64,000 bases of DNA from an uncultured delta proteobacterium (lineage in GTDB: Bacteria; Myxococcota_A; Polyangia; Palsa-1104): assembly GCA_963785725.1 (NCBI GenBank), contig CAWAWS010000007.1:160001-224000 (forward strand). Direction: 5' to 3'. The translations under genes and the position numbers were made by a program. Below the pieces are notes generated by a model. It ran no database searches. It was not told where the DNA came from and worked only from the letters and a program-made list of their open reading frames with translations. This document shows, one piece after another, positions 13,378-22,142 of the stretch; the first letter of the stretch is position 1, and every line of letters begins with the position of its first letter.

Positions 13378-14601
13378 ATGGCCAAGCGTGACGAGCTCGT
13401 CGTCGGCCTCGACGTCGGGACCACCAAAATCGCCTGCATCGTCGGCGAGGTGACCGCCGACGGCGTCGACATCATCGGCGTCGGCACCCATCCGTCGACG
13501 GGCCTGAAGAAGGGCGTCGTCGTCAACATCGACGCCACCGTGCAGTCGATCCAGCGTGCCGTCGAAGAGGCCGAGCACATGGCCGGCGTCGAGATCACGT
13601 CGGTCTACGCGGGGATCGCCGGCGCGCACATCAAGTCGCTCAACTCGCAGGGCGTGTGGGCGGTCAAGGACAAGGAGGTGCGCGAGAGCGACATCGCCGC
13701 CGTCCTCGAGCAGGCCAAGGCGATCAACATTCCGCAGGATCGCGAGATCATCCACGTCCTGCCGCAGGAATATACGATCGATCATCAAGACGGCATCAAG
13801 GAGCCGCTCGGCATGTCGGGCGTGCGCCTCGAGGCCAAGGTGCACCTGGTGACGGCGTCGGTGACGTCGGCGCAGAACATCATCAAGTGCTGCCATCGCT
13901 GCGGGTTGCAGGTGGCCGACGTCGTGCTCGAGCCGCTGGCGTCGGCCGACGCGGTCTTGCACGAGGACGAGAAAGAGCTCGGCGTCGCGCTCGTCGACAT
14001 CGGCGGCGGCACGACCGATCTCGCCATCTTCATCGACGGCGCCATCGTCCATTCGAGCGTGCTCGCCGTCGGTGGCCATCAGCTGACCGCCGACATCGCC
14101 TACGGTTTGCGCTCACCCCATTCCGAAGCCGAGCGCATCAAGCACAAGCACGGCTGCGCCATGGTCTCGATGGTCGGCGAAGACGAGATGATGGAAGTGC
14201 CGTCGGTCGGCGGTCGTCCGGCGCGTCAAGTGAAGCGGCAGTCGCTGTGCGCCGTCATCGAGCCGCGCGTGGAGGAGATCTTCATGCTCATCCGCCGCGA
14301 GATCGAGAAGGCCGGCTTCGAGGACAAGCTGGCGTCGGGCGTCGTCATCACCGGCGGCTCGACGATCCTGGAAGGCATGCCCGAGCTCGCCGAGGAGGTG
14401 CTCGGCATGCCGGTTCGCCGCGGCACGCCCATGGGTGTCGGCGGCCTCGTCGACGTCGTGCGCTCGCCGGCCTACGCGACCGGCGTCGGCTTGGTGGCGT
14501 ATGGCGTGAAACACTTGGGTGCGGCGCACTTCCAGCGCGGCGACGCCGACAAGCGCAACGTCTGGCACCGCATGCGCAACTGGTTCGGCGAGGTCTTCTA
14601 A
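13378..14601 (+). CDS. ftsA: Cell division protein FtsA
   Basis: GLDVGTTK, GLKKGVVVNI, DIGGGTTD, ITGG; actin-like fold motifs. Confidence 0.98.
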   Translation: MAKRDELVVGLDVGTTKIACIVGEVTADGVDIIGVGTHPSTGLKKGVVVNIDATVQSIQRAVEEAEHMAGVEITSVYAGIAGAHIKSLNSQGVWAVKDKEVRESDIAAVLEQAKAINIPQDREIIHVLPQEYTIDHQDGIKEPLGMSGVRLEAKVHLVTASVTSAQNIIKCCHRCGLQVADVVLEPLASADAVLHEDEKELGVALVDIGGGTTDLAIFIDGAIVHSSVLAVGGHQLTADIAYGLRSPHSEAERIKHKHGCAMVSMVGEDEMMEVPSVGGRPARQVKRQSLCAVIEPRVEEIFMLIRREIEKAGFEDKLASGVVITGGSTILEGMPELAEEVLGMPVRRGTPMGVGGLVDVVRSPAYATGVGLVAYGVKHLGAAHFQRGDADKRNVWHRMRNWFGEVF

Positions 14602-16328
14602 AGGGTCGTGTCGACCGAAGGCGCCGGGCTCAGCTCGGCGCTGACCGTCGCGGGCGTGCCGCGGGTGCGCAGCCAGATCCGTCCGACGCCACCACCCCCG
14701 CTTGTGGCTGGCGTCAACAGCACTCCATCCGCGGAATAAGCCCCGTTACCCCCACTAGAAGTGCCGCCGGCGGCCGCAGACTGTGCGTCCTGACCGTTGA
14801 CGCCGTTGGTACCGGAAGTGGTGACAACTCCAGTCCCGGTACCCTTGCTAGTGGCGGCGCCGCCGCCTCCTCCGCCGTTGGCGAATAGCCCTGTGTGCGC
14901 GGCGGACGGGTCTGTCACGGACACTGTCGGCGCCTCTAAGAAAATCTCTCCTCCGGCGCCAGCAGCCGACAATCCCGCCCGCGACGAAGGCGAAGTGAAC
15001 GTGATATCGCACTCGCCGGTGCCACCGCCGCCCGAGGCCGAGATCGTGCTGCTCTCGACGAGAATTGAAACCGCGGACGAGATCTGAATCGCGCCGCCAC
15101 CTGCCCCGCCGACAGCGGTGGGGCAGCTCGTGCCGCCGGTAGAGGCCGTTCCCGCCCCGCCATGGCCACCGCCACAAAAGTCCGTCAGAAGGCCTCCGTA
15201 TGTGGCTCCGGCAGCGCCAGCATCGGGCGGACCCGCCGCACCGCCGCCAAAGTTGCCGCCGCCAGGGTCTTGCGTGGAAGTAGCATCGTGACCGGCACCA
15301 GTGGCCGAGCAGGGCGCGTTACCGCCCGGACCAGGCGTCGCGAGGTTGGCGTCCGCGTGCAGCGCCGCGTTGCCGGACAAGACGACGCTGCCGGCGGCGA
15401 TCACCGCCAGCGGCGCGTTGCCGGTCACCGTGACCGTCGTGGTGATATTCCACGTGCCGATCGAGAGCACCGCGATGCCGTTGTCGATGGCAAACGTCAC
15501 GCCCGTAGGGGGCGCGGCGCCGTTGATCGTCAACGCCGTCGTATCGATCGCCGTCACGCCGGACAAGTTGCCGGCGTTGGTCTTGTAAGCCGAAGCCGAC
15601 ACGTGGCTGGGGACGAAGAGCCAGTTGAACGTCGCCGTCACCGTCGTCGACTGATCGAGCGTCACGACGCAGCTCCCCGTGCCGACGCAGCCGCCGCCGT
15701 TCCAGCCGCCGAACGTGGCGTTCGTGGCCGGCACCGCGCCGAGCGTAACCATCGAGTGCACCGGATACACGCCGCTGCAGGTGGTCCCGCTGCACGTCAG
15801 CCCCGTCGCGCTGATGCTGCCCGTTCCGCTGCCCGCCAGTTGCACCGTCAGCGGGGCGTAGCCAATGAGATCGCCGGTGAGCGACAGATCGGCCGGGCCC
15901 GCGTCGCCTTCGGACGGCGCGCCACCGTCGTCACCCGTCAGATGTCCGAGCGTGACGTTGACCTTGGCGTGCGCGCCGGCCGTCAGCGTCGCCGACGTCT
16001 TGCCTTCGCCGACGTCGACGCCGCCGCTCGTGCCGACGATGTCGACCTGAATGGCCGTCGTCGGCGGTGCCGTCGGGAAGAGCACCGCCAACGCCACCGG
16101 CAACGCGGTCGAGCTGCCGCCTCCGGTGAGCGCCACCGTCTGCGAATAATCCAGAGCGTCGCCGGTCACGTGCACGCGGGCACCGCCGATGCGGCTGACG
16201 GTCGACGAGCCTTCAATCTGAATGGCGAGGCAGGTTCCCTTCTGGCCGGCACAGGGATCGACGAGCTTGGTGCCGCCGCATCCCGCGGCGATGAGCACGA
16301 GCGCGAAGCCGGCGAAACGAGCCTTCAT
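14598..16328 (-). CDS. Putative surface lipoprotein: beta-rich N-domain, divergent InlB B-repeat-like domain, Gly-rich C-terminal domain
   Basis: Lipobox IAAGC; LTVQLAGSGTGSI...FGGWNGGGC...TVTATF; GGGG/hydrophobic-strand repeats; ATG overlaps upstream TPR stop (ATGA). Confidence 0.75.
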   Translation of the reverse strand: MKARFAGFALVLIAAGCGGTKLVDPCAGQKGTCLAIQIEGSSTVSRIGGARVHVTGDALDYSQTVALTGGGSSTALPVALAVLFPTAPPTTAIQVDIVGTSGGVDVGEGKTSATLTAGAHAKVNVTLGHLTGDDGGAPSEGDAGPADLSLTGDLIGYAPLTVQLAGSGTGSISATGLTCSGTTCSGVYPVHSMVTLGAVPATNATFGGWNGGGCVGTGSCVVTLDQSTTVTATFNWLFVPSHVSASAYKTNAGNLSGVTAIDTTALTINGAAPPTGVTFAIDNGIAVLSIGTWNITTTVTVTGNAPLAVIAAGSVVLSGNAALHADANLATPGPGGNAPCSATGAGHDATSTQDPGGGNFGGGAAGPPDAGAAGATYGGLLTDFCGGGHGGAGTASTGGTSCPTAVGGAGGGAIQISSAVSILVESSTISASGGGGTGECDITFTSPSSRAGLSAAGAGGEIFLEAPTVSVTDPSAAHTGLFANGGGGGGAATSKGTGTGVVTTSGTNGVNGQDAQSAAAGGTSSGGNGAYSADGVLLTPATSGGGGVGRIWLRTRGTPATVSAELSPAPSVDTTL

Positions 16329-16912
16329 CGCGACACCGTCACGGGCATGAGCGAGCCTTCCGTGTGCTGCGAGCCGCTGAGCCCGACCGCCAGCCCAGTC
16401 GCCGCGCCGGCGACGGCGACGCCGACGATCGTCCACAGCCACCACTTTTTGTACACCGGCTGTCGCGTGGAACGCGGCGGAGGCGCGCTGGCGAGCGCGT
16501 CGGCCGGGACCACGATCGGCGCGACGTTCGGCGCCGCGGTCGGCTTCTCGGCCGCACGCGCCGACCGCTCGGCCGCGAGATCCGCCTCCAGCGTCGCGAC
16601 CATGCTGTTGACCTCGTCGCGATTGGCCGCGTCGGGCCGCTTGCGCAGATACGAGCGGTAAAACTGAATCGCTTCGCTTTTGTGCCCGAGCTGGCGGTGG
16701 CACTGCGCGATGTTGAAGAGGAACGCCGGATCCTCGTACGCCAAGTAGGCGTTGCGAAAGGCCGTGAGCGCCGCGTCGAACTCGTTCAAGTCGAAGCGCC
16801 GCGTCCCTTCGGCGAACTCCCGGCGCGCCGCGTCTTTGTCTTCGGCGAATGCGGGCGACGAGAACGCCGCTGCCGCCGTCACGAGCGCGATTCCCAAAAT
16901 CAGTGTCTTCAT
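16325..16912 (-). CDS. Exported TPR protein with Pro/Ala linker and C-terminal membrane anchor
   Basis: Signal peptide (PAFA), TPR helices (FLFNIAQCHRQLG...YRSYL), KKWWLW plus hydrophobic helix. Confidence 0.85.
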   Translation of the reverse strand: MKTLILGIALVTAAAAFSSPAFAEDKDAARREFAEGTRRFDLNEFDAALTAFRNAYLAYEDPAFLFNIAQCHRQLGHKSEAIQFYRSYLRKRPDAANRDEVNSMVATLEADLAAERSARAAEKPTAAPNVAPIVVPADALASAPPPRSTRQPVYKKWWLWTIVGVAVAGAATGLAVGLSGSQHTEGSLMPVTVSR

Positions 16913-17167
16913 CCGCTGCCACTATCGCGCAACCGCGGCCGGTTTGGGTGTGATCATTGTGACAGCTCTCAACGCCGCGTCGGGGCATTTCGCCGCAGTT
17001 CCCGAGATATCCCCCACCGCGTCGGCAATAAACTGCTAATCACCGGTAAAGATTGGGTTCCCGCGCGATTCGCAAGTGTCCGCGATTGCTGACGGGTGGT
17101 GAAATAAGTCTCATCTTGTGGCCCTCTGACCCGGCTTGCTACGGTCCCAGCGTTAGGAGTCCAATCC

Positions 17168-18919
17168 ATGCGCATTGCTTCGAATTATGTAGCCCTGGCC
17201 CTCGCGGTCGCGGCCGGCTGCAGTAGCAGCAAGCCGGTCTCTAACGCCCAGCCGAGCGGACGCATCGCCAACGCGATCGACCTCGGCAGCGTTTCCCCTG
17301 ACTCGACGTACGACTTCATCGTCGCCATCGAGTCGCAGAATCAGCCGCTGCTGCACAAGTTCCTCGAGCAGCAGCAGATCACCGGCGAGACGGTGGGGCC
17401 GACGGAGTTCGCCGATCGCTTCAGCGTCTCGGCGGCCGAGTATTTGCGCGTCGCCTCGTGGCTGCGCGCGCACGACATGACCATCACGCGCATGGTCAAG
17501 GCGCGCAACACCATCAGCGTCCACGCCACGGCGGCGGCAATCGAGAGCGCGTTCGGCGCGCAGCTGCACAACTTCTCGGACGCGCAGGGCAAGTTCGTGG
17601 AGTCGGTGGTCGGCCTCACGATTTCGTCCGACGTCTCGGGCAGCGTCGGCGGCATCACCGGCGACTTCGACGGCTCGGCGCCGTGGTTCTCGCATATGCG
17701 CCATGCGGTCAGCCACAACCCGGACGCGGGCGCCGTGAACGGCGACGTGGCGAAGGGCACTGGCTTTGACAAGAGCTTCCAAGCGGCAAATCTCGAGTCG
17801 CTTTACAACACGTCGGCCATCACGATGCCAGGCATGGGCGAATCGGTCGTCATCCTGGGCGCTGTCGGCGTGCCGGCGAAGGGCGACCTGGACGCGTATT
17901 TCACGACCGATAAGCCCTACGGTCTGACGGCCATTCCGACCGGCAGCTACACGGTCGACAATCTCGGTGGCCAGCCGCGTGAGCCTGATTCAGGCGAAGG
18001 CGAAGAGAACACGCTCGACGCCGAGATGGTGCTGGCGTTCGCGCCCTATGCGACGGTCCATCACGTCATCACGGCCACCAACAGCGGTGCCTTGTTCATC
18101 GACGGCGCCACCCACATCCTCGACACGTATCCGGGCGCCGTCGCCGTCTCGGTCAGCTACGGCGGCTGCGAGCGCAGCTCGGCGGGAGAGATGCCGGTCC
18201 TCAATGCCATCCTCGCGCAGGCCAAGGCCGCCGGTCAGACGTGGTTCTTCGCCTCAGGCGACAACGGCACCGATGGCTGCCGCAACGGCCCCGGCAACAC
18301 GGTCGCGTCGGTCGGCTGGCCCGCGTCGAGCCCGTACGCCGTCGGCGTTGGCGGTACCGACATCGCCGCGACGCCCACGACGACACCGATCACCGGCGAG
18401 CAGGTCTGGAATGAGTTCGATCTGAACATGAACGGGTATTTTGGCGACACCTTTGGCGGCGGCGGAGGCGGTGGCGTCAGTGAGGCGCAGCTCAAGCCGG
18501 CGTTCCAAACGGGCGTCGGCCCGGGCGCCAGCGACGGCTCGCGCGACGAGCCCGACGTGTCCGCGCTCGGCGGCAGCCCGGGCGTCGAGCTCCTCATCAC
18601 GAACCCCCAAACGGGAGCCGTGGAAGCGACCAACATCGCCGGCACCAGCGCCGCGACGCCGATGTGGGCGGGCATGTGGGCGCTCATCGCGCAGGCCAAA
18701 GGGTTCACCACTCTCCCGAACGGCCTCGAGAAGATCTACGCGCTCGGCGCGGCCGACCAGAGCTTGACGACGGGCCAGAGCTTCAACGACATCGTCGTCG
18801 GCAACAACGGTGGCCCGGGTGAAACGCCGACGGGCGGCTACCCGGCCGGGAAGGGTTACGACCTCGCCAGCGGCTGGGGCACGCCCAACGTTCCCGCCAT
18901 CATCGCGAATTGGAAGTAG
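17168..18919 (+). CDS. Sedolisin/kumamolisin-family (S53) serine peptidase, lipoprotein with prodomain
   Basis: Lipobox AAGC; ExxLD (ENTLD), SGDNG, GTSAATP, Ca site GYDLASGWGTP; SD AGGAG. Confidence 0.92.
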   Translation: MRIASNYVALALAVAAGCSSSKPVSNAQPSGRIANAIDLGSVSPDSTYDFIVAIESQNQPLLHKFLEQQQITGETVGPTEFADRFSVSAAEYLRVASWLRAHDMTITRMVKARNTISVHATAAAIESAFGAQLHNFSDAQGKFVESVVGLTISSDVSGSVGGITGDFDGSAPWFSHMRHAVSHNPDAGAVNGDVAKGTGFDKSFQAANLESLYNTSAITMPGMGESVVILGAVGVPAKGDLDAYFTTDKPYGLTAIPTGSYTVDNLGGQPREPDSGEGEENTLDAEMVLAFAPYATVHHVITATNSGALFIDGATHILDTYPGAVAVSVSYGGCERSSAGEMPVLNAILAQAKAAGQTWFFASGDNGTDGCRNGPGNTVASVGWPASSPYAVGVGGTDIAATPTTTPITGEQVWNEFDLNMNGYFGDTFGGGGGGGVSEAQLKPAFQTGVGPGASDGSRDEPDVSALGGSPGVELLITNPQTGAVEATNIAGTSAATPMWAGMWALIAQAKGFTTLPNGLEKIYALGAADQSLTTGQSFNDIVVGNNGGPGETPTGGYPAGKGYDLASGWGTPNVPAIIANWK

Positions 18920-18927
18920 TGAGGAAA

Positions 18928-20715
18928 ATGATGCGCATCCAACTATTGCTTAGTTTCGTAGCCGTCGCCGCGATCGCCGGCTGCGGCAAGAGCCACCACG
19001 GCACGGGCACCGACGGCGGCGCGCCGGCCGATATGGCCGACGTCGCTCCGGCGCCGGTCGCGACGCACGTCAGCGCGACCGGCATCACCTGCTGCATGGA
19101 CAGCGACGGCGCCGCGACTCACGTCGCCTACTTGCTCAACGCTGCACCGCTGATACCGACCGTGGAGAATCAGAAGCTCAATCAGCCGATCGGAACCTTC
19201 GGCGAGCTGCACGTCGCCGGCTCAGACGGCAGCGACGTGGTGATCAACGCCACCGTGCCGCAGGGCAACTACATCATCTCTCCCGACGGCAAGTCGGTCT
19301 TCTGGGCCAACTTCGATCCCACCGCGTCGGTCACCACCGGCACCGTCTCCATCAATCGCTTCGACACCGGCACGAAGACCAACACGGTTCTGACTCCGTC
19401 CGGCGGTCCTTCGCAGTTCGCGGGCGAGCTCATGGACGGCACGCCGATCTTCGTACCGACGCCGTTCGCTTCGAGCACGTTCTTCAGCCCGTCGGGCAAG
19501 TATTTCTTGCTCGGCGTCCTCACGAACATGCAGCAGGTCGCGGGTGACTTGTGGGTGCTCGACGCCGACACCGGCGCCACCGTGCTCACGCGCGGCAACG
19601 GCGAATACCTCGACATTCAGGCCGTCCTCGCCGACGACACGCTGCTCTTCGAGGACACGGTCGGCGGCACGTCGACCGGCGGCGCCGCGCCGACGAATCC
19701 GGTGCAGAACCTCTACTGGCAGCCGATCAGCACGACGTCGACGGCGACCGCCATCACGACGCGCGTCGCCACCTTCGCGACGACGGCCGACGGCAGCCAG
19801 CTCGTCATCCTCCACGTCAACGGCGACATCGACGTGTGGGACACCACGAAGCACACGCTCAGCGCCACGCCCATCGCCTCGGGCGCGGCCAGCTTCACCC
19901 TCGGCAGCGACAGCAACGGACCGATCGCTTGGATCGGCACCGATCAGTCGTTGCACGTGACCGACACGTCGGGCGCCAAGACGCTCGACCTCACGGCCTC
20001 GGTGGCCGCGGCGGCGCTCTCCGGTACGCCGGTGTTCTCGTCCGACAACACGCACCTCTATTTCTGGACGACGTATGAGCTGCAGGCGACGCGCGGCACG
20101 CTCATGCACGTCGCGGTGAAGGCGGGCTCGACGCCGAACCACATCGCCGACAACGTCTCGGGACCCGATCTGCGCGTCACCGACTCGGCGCTCGTCTACC
20201 TGCAGAACGTGGATCAGCCGGGCCAACTCGGCGACGTCGTCACCTCGAACCTCGACGGCTCGAACCCGGTCGCGCTCAACATGAAGGCGAACGTCGGCGG
20301 GCTGCAGCTCTCGAACCCGCTGCCGAAGACGTGGAGCGCGGTGCACTTGTCGTCGAGCGTCGTCGATACGACGAACTCGCCGATCGTGGGCACGGCGCTC
20401 ACCGGCGCGCTGACGTTGGGCGCTTCGGGCGTCGGCACCGCGCCGGCCACCGAGACGACGATCGACCCGACCGTCGGCGCCAGCCAGTACGAGCTGTCGG
20501 ACGACGCGCATGACGTCGTCTTCATCGCCGGCGTCGCGTGGAACGGCACCGCGGGCAACTACGTGGGCGCGCTCAAGATCCTCGACATCCGGAACGACAT
20601 GCAATACATCGGCGGCGCCGTCGGCGTGTCCGAGATCTCGCCGGTCGCGAACCGCGCGTTCTTCGCGAACGCCCCGGTCGCGGCGATGGCCGGCATCTAC
20701 TACATCAAGTACTAG
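18928..20715 (+). CDS. Lipoprotein, probable beta-propeller
   Basis: Lipobox IAGC; repeated SPDGK, SPSGK, TADGS, SSDNT, SDDAH blade-like motifs; SD GAGG. Confidence 0.7.
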   Translation: MMRIQLLLSFVAVAAIAGCGKSHHGTGTDGGAPADMADVAPAPVATHVSATGITCCMDSDGAATHVAYLLNAAPLIPTVENQKLNQPIGTFGELHVAGSDGSDVVINATVPQGNYIISPDGKSVFWANFDPTASVTTGTVSINRFDTGTKTNTVLTPSGGPSQFAGELMDGTPIFVPTPFASSTFFSPSGKYFLLGVLTNMQQVAGDLWVLDADTGATVLTRGNGEYLDIQAVLADDTLLFEDTVGGTSTGGAAPTNPVQNLYWQPISTTSTATAITTRVATFATTADGSQLVILHVNGDIDVWDTTKHTLSATPIASGAASFTLGSDSNGPIAWIGTDQSLHVTDTSGAKTLDLTASVAAAALSGTPVFSSDNTHLYFWTTYELQATRGTLMHVAVKAGSTPNHIADNVSGPDLRVTDSALVYLQNVDQPGQLGDVVTSNLDGSNPVALNMKANVGGLQLSNPLPKTWSAVHLSSSVVDTTNSPIVGTALTGALTLGASGVGTAPATETTIDPTVGASQYELSDDAHDVVFIAGVAWNGTAGNYVGALKILDIRNDMQYIGGAVGVSEISPVANRAFFANAPVAAMAGIYYIKY

Positions 20716-20750
20716 CTCTCTTCCTCGGTCGGAGGCAGTCTCGCAAGAGC

Positions 20751-22142
20751 GTGACTGCCTCCGACGAACGCATCTACAAACGAGGCTTCTGGCTCGGCGT
20801 CTTCGACGCTCGATTGTTAGCCCTATTTCGGATCAGCTTCAGCACCGTCCTTCTGTGGGACGTGCTGGAGCGGCTGCGCGACTTCCACACCTTTTATACC
20901 GACCGCGGAATGTTCCCGCGCGCCACCGTCTTTCCCGGCCGCTGGGTCCAGCCGCCGCACTGGTCGCTCTTCGCGCTCGCCGGCGATGCGCCCATGGTCG
21001 GGCTGATATACGCTGGCGGCGTCCTCGCGCTGCTGGCGCTGCTGGTCGGCTATCGCACGCGGCTGGCCAGCGTCTGCTCCTGGATCTTCTTGCTGTCGCT
21101 GCAGCGCCGGCAGCCGAATATTCTCGATGGCGCCGATGCCGTCGAGAGCGTGCTCCTGTTCTGGCTGATGTGGTGCGACTCGGGCGCGCAGCTCAGCCTC
21201 GACGTTCGGCTCGGTCGTCGGGCGCCGCAGCTCGCCGTGCGCGCGCTGCCGGTCCGGCTCATCCAGCTGCAGATCGCCTGCATCTACTTCTTCACCGCGC
21301 TCGGTAAGAGCGACGTCAACTGGTACAACGGCGCCGCGCTCGGGCGGGTTCTACAGCTCACGGAGTTTGCGCGGCCGACGGCGGCTTGGATCCTGCGCTT
21401 CCCGACGCTCTGCCGGCTCCTGTCGATGGCCATCCCGCCGTCGGAGGCGGCGATCGGGCTCTTGATGCTGACGCCGTGGCGGCGTGCGCGTCAGCTGGCC
21501 GTCATGGCCGCGTTTGCGCTGCACGGATCGATCTTGCTGCTGATGGATGTCGGCATGTTCTCGCTCTTGATGCCGGCGGCGGTGATCATCGTGCTGTGCC
21601 GACCGGTGGTCGTGGAGTCGCTGCCGCCGCTGAGCAAATGGCAGATCGTCCCCGCCGCGTTGATGGCGATCGTGCTCGTCTCGTTGGCGCTGGAGCCGTG
21701 GCCGCGCGCCCTGCCGACGCCGCTCGCGCGCGTGCTGATGGCGACCGACCTCGGCCAGTCGTGGCCGATGTTCGGCCCCGATCCCGGTGGCTCCGACTAT
21801 TTCTGGCATGCGCCGGCCGTTCGCAGCGACGGCCGGCCGGTCGACGATCTGTTCCCCGAGATCGCGCCGCAGCTGCTGACGCGGATCTCGCACTTCAGCT
21901 ACGCCCGCTGGCTCAAGCTGCGCGAGGCGATGTGGTCGGAGCTGCCGCGGCGACAGGTCGCGGCTTATCTCTGCCGTCGCTATCTCGCCGACAGTGACGT
22001 GCCGCTGCGCTCGCTCGATTTGATGGTGACGCAGCGCTACATCGCGCCCAACGGCAAGACGCAGATGGGGCCGACTCGGAAGCTGCTACATCAGGAGTGT
22101 CTGCCTAGCCGCGACGTGAAGCGCGCGCCCGCCGCACGCTGA
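20751..22142 (+). CDS. HTTM-domain-like multi-pass membrane protein
   Basis: LALFRI, RxPxILDGAD, LIQLQIACIYF, WYNGAAL, HGSI...GMFS, QSWPMF pattern; start uncertain. Confidence 0.75.
   Translation: MTASDERIYKRGFWLGVFDARLLALFRISFSTVLLWDVLERLRDFHTFYTDRGMFPRATVFPGRWVQPPHWSLFALAGDAPMVGLIYAGGVLALLALLVGYRTRLASVCSWIFLLSLQRRQPNILDGADAVESVLLFWLMWCDSGAQLSLDVRLGRRAPQLAVRALPVRLIQLQIACIYFFTALGKSDVNWYNGAALGRVLQLTEFARPTAAWILRFPTLCRLLSMAIPPSEAAIGLLMLTPWRRARQLAVMAAFALHGSILLLMDVGMFSLLMPAAVIIVLCRPVVVESLPPLSKWQIVPAALMAIVLVSLALEPWPRALPTPLARVLMATDLGQSWPMFGPDPGGSDYFWHAPAVRSDGRPVDDLFPEIAPQLLTRISHFSYARWLKLREAMWSELPRRQVAAYLCRRYLADSDVPLRSLDLMVTQRYIAPNGKTQMGPTRKLLHQECLPSRDVKRAPAAR

Noticed and set aside
16329..16988. 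Extended 796-aa N-terminus for the 14598 ORF
   Set aside because: Overlaps the TPR gene in another frame; signal peptide and lipobox begin at 16328
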